Shown piece after piece: positions 1 through 12,699 of a DNA stretch of 64,000 bases. The stretch comes from Euprymna scolopes (lineage: Eukaryota). Location: the NCBI GenBank assembly GCA_053919585.1, contig CM132793.1; one strand, written 5' to 3'. The position numbers and the translations under genes were made by a program. The notes beneath the pieces were generated by a model. The model was not told the origin of the DNA and made no database searches. It saw only the letters and a list, made by a program, of their open reading frames with translations. The stretch's first letter is position 1; the number at the start of each line of letters is the position of its first letter.

Positions 1-429
1 ATTAAATTTCTGTTATTTCCTTGGAAAAATTGTAAGATTTACCTTCTTATTAAATTTACCTATATTTCTCTTGAAAACTTATAATCTCTGGAAAAGTCTA
101 TTTAAGTGTTTTAATTATTGGATGTCACTTCAAAATACATTGCTTAAAACATGCATGCATAAGAATACTGGCTGTATTATTGAAAAAAATTGGAATTGGG
201 AATTTAGCATGGAATTGGTAATTGTATCAGAATTTGGGAAAAATATTGGAATTGTCCCTCACTGGTATATATATGTATAAATGTANNNNNNNNNNNNNNN
301 NNNNNNNNNNNNNNNNNNNNNNNNNNNNNNNNNNNNNNNNNNNNNNNNNNNNNNNNNNNNNNNNNNNNNNNNNNNNNNNNNNNNNNNNNNNNNNNNNNNN
401 NNNNNNNNNNNNNNNNNNNNNNNNNNNNA

Positions 430-3170
430 TGCTGAGGCGCCGTTTAAAAGCTGCCCCTGTCCATGAAAAGTTGGAAATTCAAAATATCATTGACGATATA
501 CAAAAGAGGATTTTGGCAATATCTAGAGCTGAGAATCAAAGAAAACATCGAAAGAAGAAACGCCTGGCACGGAAAAAATTCTACAAAAATCCTTATGCTT
601 TCGCAAAAGAAACTTTTCACAGAATCAAAGAGTGGTAAACTAGATGTACCGAGGGAGGAACTTGAAAGTCATTTGAAGCTGACATATTCTGATGAATTAA
701 ACAGTATCCCAATGCCCAATCTAAAAGACTTACCAAAACCCAAAGACCCAGTGGTAACGTTTAAGGATAACAGAATAGAACTGAGAGAAGTCCGAGACTT
801 TGTCCATAAGGCTCGTGCTGGTAGCTCCCCAAGTATAAATGGAATATCGTACAAGCTATATAAAAATTGCCCAGGCGTCCTCAAGAGACTCACTGTCCTT
901 ATGCGGCAAGTTTGGAGGCAGGGTATTGTACCACAGGAGTGGGGTCTGGCTGATGGCATTTGGATACCAAACGAGATGCAATCGAAAGGGATCACAAATT
1001 TTCGCCCTATATTCCTCCTAAATGTAGAGGGGAAAATATTTTCCAGAGTTCTTGCTCGTCGTATGACAAACTTCCTGATGAGCAACCAGTATATAAACAC
1101 ATCTGTCCAGAAGGCCGGAATACCTGGTTTCCCTGGATGTTTGGAGCATTCACAAATGATCTGGAATTCATTAATATCAGCCAAAAAAGATAAAGCGGAA
1201 CTTCATGTAATTTTGCTGGATCTTGCAAATGCATATGGATCAGTTCCGCACCAATTAATCCAAATGGCTCTTGAATTCTTTAACTTCCTGAAGAAGGTGA
1301 GCGAAATTATGAAATATTTTAACTCAGCCTTCATGAAATTCACTGTAAAGAACTATACCACAAAATGGCAGGCACTCGAGATCGGTATTATGATGGGGTG
1401 TGTGATCTCCCCACTTCTTTTCGTTCTAGCTATGGAAATCATATTGCGTGGTGCGGCAAACACATCAAAAGGAGTGATGACTTCCGAGCAACTGAATCTT
1501 CCTCCATCCCGAGCTTTTACGGATGACATCACTATTCTTGTCCCATCCAAAAATGATGCCGATGCACTTCTACAAAAATACCATGACCTTTTTTACATGG
1601 GTGAGGATGTAGGTTAAACCAAAGAAAAGTCGAAGCCTTTCGTTAGTCAAAAGATCTGTTAGGAATATCCATTTCAATATTGGGAGTGATACGATCCCAA
1701 CAGTTAGGGAGATTCCGGTTAAAAGCCTTGGCCGCATGTACTCAATCTCCTTGACTGATCGACATCGTGGTATAGAAATCCAAAAAGTAACTTCAAAGGG
1801 TCTTAAGTCAATTGAAAAGACGGATCTACCCGGAAGGATGAAGGCTTGGTGTTACCAACATGGTCTACTACCACGCCTGTTATGGCCGTTACAAATATAT
1901 GCGCAAGTGGCTTGGAGTTCCTCCTTGTTTTTCAAAAGTAGGCCTATATACTAATACTGGAAACCTACAGCTGCCAATATCCTCCCTAGTGGAGGAGTTC
2001 AAAGTTGGAAAAGTGAGACTCCATATGATGATGAGGGACTCAGCCGACAAGATCATTAAAAAAATACACCCAGAAATAAGATCAGGGACAAAATGGTCGG
2101 CCAGTAAGACCACTCAGGAGGCGGAATGTAGCCTACGAATAAAGGATATAATATGCGTCACTCAGTCCAACAGAGCTGGGCAAGGCAGTACGACTAACAA
2201 AATATTTGCTAAAGAGGGTCCAAAGGAAAAAAGAGATATGGTGCTCGAAGAGGTCAGGGTGTTTGAGGAGGAGCAAAGAACAGCCGTTGCTGTCGCTCAG
2301 GCCAAACAATGTGCATGGACAAAATGGAATGACATCAAACCGATTAAGTTATCATGGAAATCATTAATTGTGATGGAACCATTGGCGATATCATTTCTTC
2401 GTTCTACGTATGATATTCTGCCTAATGCGACCAATCTAAAATTATGGCGGTATACCGATTCAGACCTGTGTTTTTCATGTAAACAGGATCGGGGCACTCT
2501 GCGCCATGTGCTATCCGCATGCCCGAAATTGCTTCAGTTGTACACATGGCGACATAACCAGGTACTGGAGATAATTATTGAATTGCTGAGAACACAATAT
2601 GAGTCAGCAAACCAACAACCAGTGACAGTCAAGCAACCCACAATCCAGTTTCACAAAGAAGGTGAACGTCCTGCGAGGAAGAAAAATTCTGAAGTGAAGC
2701 TGTTGAATGGAGCTAATGACTGGAAAATTTCAGCGGATCTGTTTACGTCTTTACAATTTCCAGCCCACATAATCCAAACGGAAAAACGACCAGACACTGT
2801 AGCATGGTTAGACACAAAGAGTGTCCTCCTGATAGAATTGACCGTCCCCTGGGAGGAGAATGTAGAAGACGCACATGAACGAAAGAAAAATCGTTACGAA
2901 TCATTACGCGCCGATTGCATAGAAAAGAATTGGAAATGTTTTGTAATTCCTATTGAGGTTGGGTGTCGTGGGTTTCTGGGCCACTCAGTCATTTCGCTTC
3001 TTACAAAACTGGGAATAACGGGCCAGAAGCTGAAAGCTGCCTCTAATCAACTTAAAATCACAATTCAACACGCCTCAGCTTGGATCTGAGCGAAGGAAAA
3101 AATTTAAAAAACTTCAGCATGAACAGTCATTAGAATTGAACTAACGTCGCAGGTTAAAAAAAAAAAAAAA
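430..3170 (+). mobile_element. Non-LTR retrotransposon with RT plus restriction-like endonuclease (R2 group, HERO/NeSL-like), frameshifted; 5' end lost in gap
   Basis: ORFs 463-1617, 1736-1954 and 1860-3089 carry RT motifs (FRPIFLLNVEGKIF, LLDLANAYGSVPH, GIMMGCVISPLLF, FTDD), a CCHC knuckle (CFSCKQDRGTLRHVLSAC), WRHNQVL and the RLE motif KRPD..LLIELTVPWEE..ERKKNRY. A-tail at about 3155-3170. Confidence 0.9.
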
Positions 3171-3865
3171 TTAAAAGGACATAAAATAATTAATATGAAA
3201 AAACATTCAAAATCAACCATTACAAAAAAAAACAAAAAAAAAACGAACATTATTTATTTGCTTGTTTATCTATTTATGCAGCTATTTACAGTATTGGTTT
3301 TTACCTTTTTTTTCTTTTTTTTTTTCACAAATAGTTTTATTTATTCGGCGATCTTGTACTGTAGGCCGTCAGCACACGACGACTCGGCCCTTCGAGGAGG
3401 GGGGGACACCTAGTTATTTACACCGGTCGAAACGAAACGCAAATTCACGGTTGCCAGATTGGCTTTTTTAAGAAAACCACAAAAAATTTTTTAAATGAAA
3501 TGTGACACGCTGTTTACGGGAGAAAGACTTTTTTATTATCAAGATAGTTTTCATTTTTGTTTGAAATTTACAGAAGAAATACTTTTTTAGTGTACAGATA
3601 ATTTTCATTTTTGTTTGTAATTAAATCGTATTTTGTTTATAATTTTTGTTTGAAAGTTTTTTGTTTTTTACGGTAAAGTTTTTGCGTAAGTTGTTTTTTT
3701 GGGTTTTTTGTTTGAAAGTTTTTTTGTTTTATTAAATTTTATTAAATTTAAATAGAATTTCAATTTTTTTTTACTTTTTTTGTTTGAAAATTTCACATTT
3801 TTTTTTTACTTTTACTATTTAGTATTACGTTATTTTTTGTTTTAAGTTGTACTTAAAAAAAAAAC

Positions 3866-4808
3866 ATGAAAACCGAAATTATCGACCATGTCATGGCAGT
3901 TCCAGAAATCCAGCAGAGGAGGTGGACCTTCGCTACTTTCGGGGAGTTACTCGGAAGTAATGAATTAGAAGCTGCAGCAGCATTGGGCCTTATAGGCAAC
4001 ACAAGCCACTGTGAACAGTGCAATAGGGTGAGGGTCCTGCACAAAAGATCCAATAATTCGGATGGGTTTGTTTGGAATTGCGTACGACCCTGCAGGTCCT
4101 CAGCCAGTGTGAGGAAAGGATCTTTTTTTTGAAAAAAGCCGCCTACCACTTAGAAAATTATTAAATTTGTTATTCTGGTGGAGCATGGGAATGCCCCAGT
4201 GCCAAATAATGGAGGAGGTCCAGGTATCTGAACACACAATTGTAGATTGGATGTCGTTCATCCGTGAGGTGTGTGAGAAAAACCTGTACGACAATCCAAT
4301 GCTACTTGGTGGCATAGACGACCAAACACAGATTCCCAAAGAAGTTGAGATTGATGAGTCTCTGTTCTTCCGCCGAAAATACAACAGAGGGCGCGTGAAG
4401 AATGGAATATGGGTATTTGCGGCCGTGGAGCGAGGAAGTAATAAGTGTAACCTGATAGATGTTGAAAAAAGGGACAGCCAGACGCTAATCCCAATAATAA
4501 GATCCTGGATTTTGCCAGGGACGAGGATTCTAAGCGACGGATGGGCGGCATATGATAGTCTGCCACCAATTTACCTTCCCAATAAGGTAATCCATCAGCA
4601 ATATTTTGTTAACCCAGCGGACCCCTCAATCCACACACAAACCGTTGAGGGGTTTTGGTATCAAATAAAAAAACGACTGAGGAGATCAGCAACGACTGAT
4701 AACTTGTTCCATTCGCATCTGATGGAAGAGTTATGGAGACGTCGTGGAAAAGGACATGTTTTCCAATGTATATTATTATGTATACGAGAACAGTATATTG
4801 TTTCATAA
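3866..4808 (+). CDS. Merlin/IS1595 DDE transposase with one +1 frameshift in a T run
   Basis: N-terminal CxxC...WNC..PC, EIDESLFFRRKYNRGR, WVFAAVER, ILSDGWAAY, HTQTVEGFW. Removing one T in the run at about 4123-4130 joins ORFs 3866 and 4167 through SFFEKSRLPLRKLL. Confidence 0.88.
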
Positions 4809-5018
4809 CTAAATTTCATAAATAAAACTTTTAATAAATATATTTTTTTCATAAATAAACTTTAATATATTTTTTATAATGTTTTGTTACACATTTGAAA
4901 ATTTTAAATCTTAAAAGTTCATAAAAAAACTTTCATACTTTTAATAAATATATTTTACCGGTGTAAATAACTAGGTGTCCCCCCCCTCCTCGAAGGGCCG
5001 AGTCGTGGTGTGCTGACG

Positions 5019-6093
5019 TAGCAGTATCAGAATTTTTGTAGGAATTTTTGACACCCCTAACACGAAACTGCGAATACAATATAAAAATCTCGTAATTTCT
5101 CTGTTAAAAGTGGGTTATTTATTTTCTTTATGGATTATACTTCCAAAATAAACTATTACAGTTGTTTTAAAAGTAATAAAAATATTTTTATTTTTTTTTT
5201 AAAACAGTAATGAATTTTCCGAACTCAATATTTTTCAATTTTTAAACTCAATATTTTTTAATTTTTAAATTTTAAAAATCTATCAAAATTTTTCTATTGA
5301 TTCTATTTTTACGATATTTTCAGGGTCAATGTGAAATTTTATGTTCTTTCCAATAAACCGAATATAATATTTTAGACAAACGTTTTTTTTAAATTCACGC
5401 CCCCCCATTTTCACGCCCCCCCCCCATTTTGAAATGTCTATTAAAAAGTAAATAATTAATTTATGTTTAATAGGTTTATATATCACAAATTGAAGAGAAA
5501 AGGTCAATAAATAATATATTCAAATTTAAAACAAAAAAAAAAATCAGTTTTTTAGAAATTTACCTGTAAAGTCCGAAGTTTAAAACCTTATTTTATAAGA
5601 ACACATTTTTTCTTTTTGTCTTTTTTTTTTTTTTTTTTAATGAAACCTTGGTCCTTGCTCCTTTAATTGAAAAAAAAATTAGGGCTTGAATTACATTTTT
5701 CGAGGAGTTATAAGCTTAGAAAGATAGGGGGTCGAATAATTTACGCCTCTCATTTTGAAATGTCTATTAAAAAGTAAATAATTAATTTATGTTTAATAGG
5801 TTTATATATCACAAATTGAAGAGAAAAGGTCAATAAATAATATATTCAAATTTAAAACAAAAAAAAAAAATCAGTTTTTTAGAAATTTACCTGTAAAGTC
5901 CGAAGTTTAAAACCTTTTTTTAAAAAAAAAAACACATTGTTTTGTTTTGTTTTTTTTTTAAATAAAACCTTGGTCCTTACTCCTTTAATTGAAAAAAAAA
6001 ATTAGGGCTTGAATTACATTTTTCGAGGAGTTATAAGCTTGGAAAGATGGGGTGGAATTATTCACTATTTTCACGAAATTTCTTACACTGCTA
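5019..6093. mobile_element. Non-autonomous TIR element with 9-bp TSD (Mutator-like), nested in the Merlin right TIR
   Basis: Termini TAGCAGTATCAGAATTT / AAATTTCTTACACTGCTA. TSD GTGCTGACG at 5010-5018 and 6094-6102. Internal direct duplication of about 320 bp (~5426-5725 and ~5751-6048). Confidence 0.8.
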
Positions 6094-6250
6094 GTGCTGA
6101 CGGCCTACAGTACAAGATCGCCATTTATTCTATTTATATTTATTCATTTATTTTTCCAAGAAATCGCGAACAGTATTTCAACAGACTAGCAGTCGCATGG
6201 TCTGATATATTTTTCAAAGAATTAATTGCAATTCGCTAACGGCGGTTGGG

Positions 6251-6281
<31 letters not shown>

Positions 6282-6915
6282 AATATGCTGCGTCGATAAA
6301 ATTATCAAAGTACAAAGAGAGATAAGTCAAATAGCAAAATATTTATTCAAGGGAAAAAACTCTTGTTTTTGTTTTCTGAATGTCTCGCACGTTCAATGTT
6401 ATCTTTTTCTCTATTTTTATTTTATTCTTTTTCCCCTTTTTCTCTTTCTCTTTTTTTTTTAAATCTCAAACACACTGTTTGTAACGGTCGTAATTTCGGA
6501 GGGCTCTGATCGATTACATTCAGTAAGACAACCGACACCTGAAAGACTTCATAAAAAGACGGTATTGTTACTATTTTTATTTTATTTATTTATTTATTTT
6601 TTTCTCCTGTCTAGTTGATTAAGTTTCTTTGTTGTATTTTTTTTTTCAATATTCTGCTTGGCGGCTAAGTTCTTAATACTAAAAGCCGCTTGGTGGCACC
6701 AGAAGTGGCAGTCCTGTCTTGGGCCACCGAAACTGTTATCACTCTGGTTGACAGCTGATGAGAGCAGAATATTGCACATNNNNNNNNNNNNNNNNNNNNN
6801 NNNNNNNNNNNNNNNNNNNNNNNNNNNNNNNNNNNNNNNNNNNNNNNNNNNNNNNNNNNNNNNNNNNNNNNNNNNNNNNNNNNNNNNNNNNNNNNNNNNN
6901 NNNNNNNNNNNNNNN

Positions 6916-8530
6916 TTGGCACGGTAAAATAAAAGTTAAATTTTGTCTAATAAATTCTAAAAAAGGGATTAAATTAAAGAAAATAAAGTATATTATGTAT
7001 TTTTAACTGGCCTTTCCGATGCAGCAATCGGATTTTAGAAAAAATAAATAACAAAGGAACAACAAACATAATTGCAAAAAACCCTTGTTCAAAATTATTG
7101 GCACGGCTTTGTTTTTCTTTTAGTATCAGTATAATATCAATCAATTTCCGGTTTACGTGCTTTCTGAACTTTTTTCTAGCCATATTATGCTTGTTTAACG
7201 CTAATTCAGTGAATAATTTTTTTCAGATAATTTTTAGATAGCGATTTATTTAAACTATTATAAGTGACTAAATTATAATTTTCAATCGCCATGGTTAAAA
7301 CTAAGGAACACAGCGAAGACGTCAGGAAGCTTGTTGTAGCATGCCATACCAATGGGGAGGGCTATGATAAGATTTCAAAGAAGCTAAACCTTCCCAAATC
7401 CACTGTTAGAGCCATAATAAACAAGTTCAAATCGCAAGGCCACGTTATGAGTTTAGAGGGTAGAGGGAGAAAAAGGATTCTTTCCCCAAGAGATGAACGG
7501 AAAATTGTTCGACAAGTAAAACAAAACCCAAGGATCTCTGTTGGGGAGATTGTTGATGAACAGAGCACCTCTGGAGTGAATGTATCTCGACATACAGTTG
7601 GTAGAGTTTTGAAGAGAGCTGGTTTAAAAGCATGTCGTCCGAGAAAGACTCCCTTATTGAAGCCTATGCACCTGAAAGCAAGGCTAGCCTTTGCAAAACG
7701 TCATATTGATAAAGATGTTGCATTCTGGAAACGTGTTCTATGGACTGACGAAACGAAAATAGAGTTATTTGGCCATACTAAAGTGTCTTATATTTACAGA
7801 AAATCTGGCGAAGCTTTCCTGCCTAAGAACACCATACCCACAGTGAAGCACGGTGGAGGCAGTTTGATGTTTTGGGGATCCTTTGCTGCCTCTGGACATG
7901 GGCGACTTGTTAAGGTCACAGGTAGCATAAAAAAGGAAGATTATGTTAAAATATTGGATGAAAACCTGAAAGACTCTGCTAAAGAGCTCTCACTTGGTCG
8001 TCGTTGGTGGTTCATGCAAGATAATGACCCAAAGCATTCGGCTAAACTGACTAAGAAATGGCTTGAGGACAATCATATTAATGTTTTGGAGTGGCCATCA
8101 CAAAGCCCAGACCTTAATCCAATTGAAAATTTATGGAGAACATTAAAATTGAGGGTAATGCAAAGGAAGACTAAGAATCTTATTCAATTGGAGGATTATT
8201 GTCAGGAAGAGTGGGCTAAAATTACTACTGAAGAGTGCAACAACTTGGTTGTAAACTATGAAAAGCGACTGAGGAAGGTAATCAAGGCCAAAGGCTATAC
8301 AATTGATTATTAAATAAATCGTGCCAATAATTTTGAACAAGGGTTTTTTGCAGTTATGTTTGTTGTTCCTTTGTTATTTATTTTTTCTAAAATCCAATTG
8401 CTGCATCGGAAAGGCCAGTTAAAAATACATAATATACTTTGTTATTTTCTTTAATTTAATCCCTTTTTTAGAATTTATTAGACAAAATTTAACTTTTATT
8501 TTACCGTGCCAATAAATATGATCATCACTG
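6916..8530 (+). mobile_element. Tc1 transposon with ~210-bp IR/DR-type TIRs; left tip lies in the gap
   Basis: 6916-7105 is the near-perfect reverse complement of about 8320-8512. Right end CACTG followed by a TA run. TTGGCACG is repeated at the inner and outer ends of the TIR. Confidence 0.93.
7291..8313 (+). CDS. Intact Tc1 DD34E transposase, 340 aa
   Basis: Paired-like HTH, GRGRKR, WTDETK, VKHGGGS, QDNDPKH, WPSQSPDLNPIENLW. 34 residues counted between the second D and the E. Confidence 0.95.
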   Translation: MVKTKEHSEDVRKLVVACHTNGEGYDKISKKLNLPKSTVRAIINKFKSQGHVMSLEGRGRKRILSPRDERKIVRQVKQNPRISVGEIVDEQSTSGVNVSRHTVGRVLKRAGLKACRPRKTPLLKPMHLKARLAFAKRHIDKDVAFWKRVLWTDETKIELFGHTKVSYIYRKSGEAFLPKNTIPTVKHGGGSLMFWGSFAASGHGRLVKVTGSIKKEDYVKILDENLKDSAKELSLGRRWWFMQDNDPKHSAKLTKKWLEDNHINVLEWPSQSPDLNPIENLWRTLKLRVMQRKTKNLIQLEDYCQEEWAKITTEECNNLVVNYEKRLRKVIKAKGYTIDY

Positions 8531-8569
8531 TATATATATATATATATATATATTTTTATATATATTTCA

Positions 8570-10620
8570 ATCCAGTTACCATAAAAAGTCAATCCACAAA
8601 CAAGATTTTTTTTATATTCATTTATTTGTTTTATTTATTTAGTTATCTTTTAATATCTAAGCGAATTTTTATATTAAATTTGTGTCTTGCATGTGTTTCA
8701 TTATGTTTATAGCCGATGCTGCCATAACACAAATTATCAGACAGATAGATATTAAACACAATCACACATAAGTGGATGGAATAAAAAAGTTAAAAACAGG
8801 TTGCTTCAAGCATGGGAAAATGTAAGTTAGGGAAACTCAAAGACATTACTTATAAATGATATCCGACAAAAGATAAGTACACTTAATAACACAGGAAAAA
8901 TATTCAACAGCACCATCATATACATATATACACATGCATGTGCACATGTGTGAAAATACCAGTAGTTTTTAAGATTCTATGATAATAAAAGATTGATTTT
9001 CTGTAGATTTTTCTGTATTTAACTTTGAACAATTTCAATTTAAAAATTTATCAGTTAAAATTGAATTCCTATTTAAACTAAAATTTGTAATAAAAAGATT
9101 TTTCTTAATTTTCTAATTTTAATTTAAATCATTTTCTTTTCTTAGCTAATATTTCACGGCGCACAGTATGGAATTGATGCCAGAAAACACAGAAACATTG
9201 TTTCAATATTCACCAATGAGTATTGACTTTTGTGAAATGAACAATGACGACCATAATGAGAATGAATGTACAGAATTTAATGATCCTGACAGAGAAATCT
9301 TGTTTGGTCCCCTTAATGAATTCGATGACAACGATGATGATAATGATGGCGATGATGGCAATGATGTTGTTAATGAATTTGATGATGATGACGATGTTAT
9401 TGTTATTGATGATGATGACAAGAATGATGATAACGAACTTATTGGTTAAAATTGAAATCCTCTTAACTAATATTTGTAATAAAAGATTTTTCTTTATTTT
9501 CTAATTTTAATCATTTTTTAATTTTCTTTTCTAGCTAATATTTTATACAAAACTGAAACCGGTGCACAGTATGAAATTGATTCCATAAAACAAAACTGAA
9601 ATAAATATTTCAATATTCACCAATGAGTATTGACTTTTGTGAAATCAACAACGACCATAATGATAACAAATGTACAGAATTTAATGACCATGACAGAAAT
9701 CTTGTTTGGTCCCCTTAATGAATTCCATGATGATAATGTTATTGATGATGATTCACACGGTGTAAAATTTAGTTCAGAAGAAAATATTGATGTTTATGAA
9801 ATCAGAGACGATGATAATGATGACGACGACCAACTTAATGCCAGGCAATGGATTTGCTTTTATACTGTCCATACTGCCTGAGTAGATTGAATGCCATATC
9901 TGTTCTTAGACAGACTGTCCGATTTGTGGTATATCATCTATCAATTTATTAATAGAGAAAAACTTTTCATTCACGAATGCGGACAATTAAAAGGGAGATA
10001 ATCAAATGTTCACAATTATCTGACTGTTTTCGAAAACCTTTTCTTAGATGGCTTTTCTTTCATAGCGAAAACATTTTCCTTTTTATTGAAATTCGAATTG
10101 ATTTAAAAACAGACTGATCTTACACCCAACAGTATTAGAATGGCAATCTGGATAATCAGAGCTCTGGTGAAAACCAAGAAGCATTTGATTGGTAACTGGC
10201 AGTTTTAGACCATCTTGTCCCTGCATCTGCAGATAATCTGAGGCAAACAAGTCATTCTCCCAATAAAGATATACTTGCTAATAAATTGACTAGCTCCATG
10301 GATACTCAATACTCATGCTCATCTTACAACATACAATGAATCTTGGTATGGTGTTCATAAAAACTAACATGATTGCTGCTCCAGTGATGCGAGTATCAAA
10401 TCAGCAAACTGGGATGATTGTGAAATATGGAAAGATATTTTGGAAGATCAAGAACAACATCGATTGATGCAGAAAGAAATCCAATTTATCCTTCTCCAAA
10501 TACATCAACATAGCCTGCCTCTCAAGAGTCAGATTTCCCGATACGGACTGTCAGAAAATAAAAGTCCCTTATTTGGTGCCCAAAAGCGATGGATGCTCCA
10601 AGGACAGTAAGGATGGACTT
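8570..10620 (+). pseudogene. Decayed paralog of the 3' part (intron plus acidic exon, tandemly duplicated) of the ZnF-acidic gene
   Basis: 8570-9150 is an inverted homolog of about 54520-55180. Two acceptor-led exon copies (TTAG/CTAATATT at ~9145, CTAG/CTAATATT at ~9534) encode ETLFQYSPMSIDFCE...REILFGPLNEF plus Asp tracts. Degenerate YCPYC and CPIC pieces at ~9865-9985. Stops and frameshifts are present. Confidence 0.7.
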
Positions 10621-10687
10621 ATTTGAGAGGCTGGGGCTTAAAGTTTGGTTCTTAACATGCATTATTTATTTTCTGTTTATTTTTCAG

Positions 10688-10997
10688 GAACCCCAGCACG
10701 CACATCAATGACCATTTTGCAGCAGAACTTACTAAGACATCATGAGGGGTAATCTGCATTGACCAACATGGTCCTCTAATTTATTACCATGTGACTTTTT
10801 TATGGGGATGTCTGAAATCAATTGTTTACGTTCGTCCTAGCACCTTGACTCATCTGAAAAACATTCGTCGAGCTGTCACCAACATAGCCATTGATATGCT
10901 GGAAAGAATTGACCGAAACTTCAGAGTTCGATTAACTCAGTGTATTAAGAATGGACATCATCTTACTGATATCATCTTTAAAACTGGTAAAAAATAA
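10688..10997 (+). mobile_element. Tc1/mariner-superfamily transposase C-terminal remnant
   Basis: PCDF.LWGCLKSIVY...RLTQCIKNGHHLTDIIF resembles the WPPRSPDL.PCDFFLWGYLKSKVY end of DDxD transposases. Confidence 0.75.
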
Positions 10998-12699
10998 AAT
11001 TTAAATGTACTAGTTGCCGTTCAAAGGATTATATGTATAACTGCATTACTTGTATTTTTATTTGAAGAAAGAAGCCGTTGCTGCCGAGACCAAAGTCAAA
11101 GTACTTGAAGCTGCAGAGCAAAGCACCTACAGCCATCCCAAACTGGACCCCACTCCACCTGAATACTCGAGAGTACCTGGCTGATCAAGCAACATAAAGA
11201 GGCATGGGGATATATTGCAACGGAGTCCCAGGCGATGCCAGGAACCCTGCTAAGAGATGAGGAAGAGGGAGGATGAGGTATGGTTGGGGAGGGGGTATGC
11301 TGACACTTGGTCAAGAAAAACAGATGTCCATGAAATTGTGTCCATCAGAAAAATAAGGTTTCAATGAAAGGAAAATATAAATCTGATAATGAGATTTCTT
11401 TGGGGCAAGGGAGCTGGGGAAGGAGATTGTTTTTCTAGTTGGGTTTATAAAAAATTAATTTTAAATAACTAATGAAGGCAGACAAGTACAATAACAGATT
11501 CAAAAATTTGGTATCTAGGAAATGTTGTCATTTGGTCCACCTGTTATATTTAAATGCCAGGCCACCAAGTGGGAATTGAACCTTGGAAGATACAGTTTCT
11601 TGGAGGGAAAAGTAATTTGAGTTGAAGAGAAAGAAAGAAAAGGAAAAAGAATTAAAGATATGGTTATGAAAGAGAAAGAGATTCACAAGAAAAGAGGAAA
11701 GAAAAAGATGAAATAATGGGATAGAGAGAGAAAAATTTTTTTAATGACAGGGGGAAGAAGCCGATTTAATAAAAACGATTGTGTTTTTGGATAAAGGAAA
11801 CTTTTTCTGGCTGGCATCGAGGAATGCACATCGTCCTGGGCCCCCGCCCAGTGGGTGGGGGGAACCAAACCTTCAGAAAAGCTAAGTTGAAAAGCTCTTG
11901 TTCCTAGCGGAGAAATTGTCTAAACAAACTTAAGTTGTACAACCTGCATCACGATGCATCACAATGTCGTTAAAAACGCAAAGAACTCAACTTTATACAA
12001 GTGTACCATGTATATCTTAAATAATTATTTTGTTTGTTTATAAGAAAATGACCATGAGTTTTTCTTTACTTCTCAATTACCGGCCTAAATGAAGATGCAG
12101 TTCATTTCAGATATGCCCTGACGCCATACGATGGAAAAGAGACAAGATTTAGCATGAAGTCAAAGCGACGGTCGAAGTAAACAGTGTTGCCACACGGACT
12201 TAGGGTCATGCACGTTTTGCGTGCCCTGGGCAGCAGAGCGGTATTTTCCAGTGACCAGTGAGAATCTGGTCACCCTTGAAGGGTTCATACTAGACAGTTA
12301 AGAGTGTAACCCTGCTGGGTTGCATCTATGGTCCTGTGAGCCAGGATTGACGAACACAGCCAGCGTTATATCACAAATATGGTCCCGTGAACCAGGATCC
12401 GACAGATGTGGCCCAGAGGACGTAACATAACATACATAATGCCCCAGGGAATATCTTGACAAACTAAGAAACGAGCCCTCGAACTGCAACCCCTCTATAC
12501 CTCCCTTTATAGATGAGAATAGTTTATGGCCTACAAACTGTTTTCAACATGGATCACCCCTTGCAGGGTGCAGACATAGACAAGCCCTTGAAGAAGCAGC
12601 AGTCTGGACACTCATGGACAAAACAACCTCCCATCTGCTCCTGAACACCAGACAGATTTCATGCGATATCTCGCTCATCTCTACAGGCCTCTTAAAGTT

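Larger units (their letters stand above)
3347..6122 (+). mobile_element. Merlin (IS1595-like) DNA transposon, complete, 81-bp TIRs, 8-bp TSD
   Basis: GG...CC termini. Left TIR 3347-3427 matches 4957-5018 plus 6094-6122. TSD ATTTATTC at 3339-3346 and 6123-6130. Confidence 0.93.

Noticed and set aside
222-638. ORFs spanning N runs (also at 6658-7006, 45164-45457, 55354-55586, 58743-59121)
   Set aside because: Their length is an artefact of assembly gaps. Only 430-638 is real, as part of the retrotransposon ORF.
6720-6780. GAAA...CTGATGA as a type II hammerhead
   Set aside because: The intervening hairpin leaves no room for separate stems III and I, no stem II pairing is evident, and the region runs into a gap.
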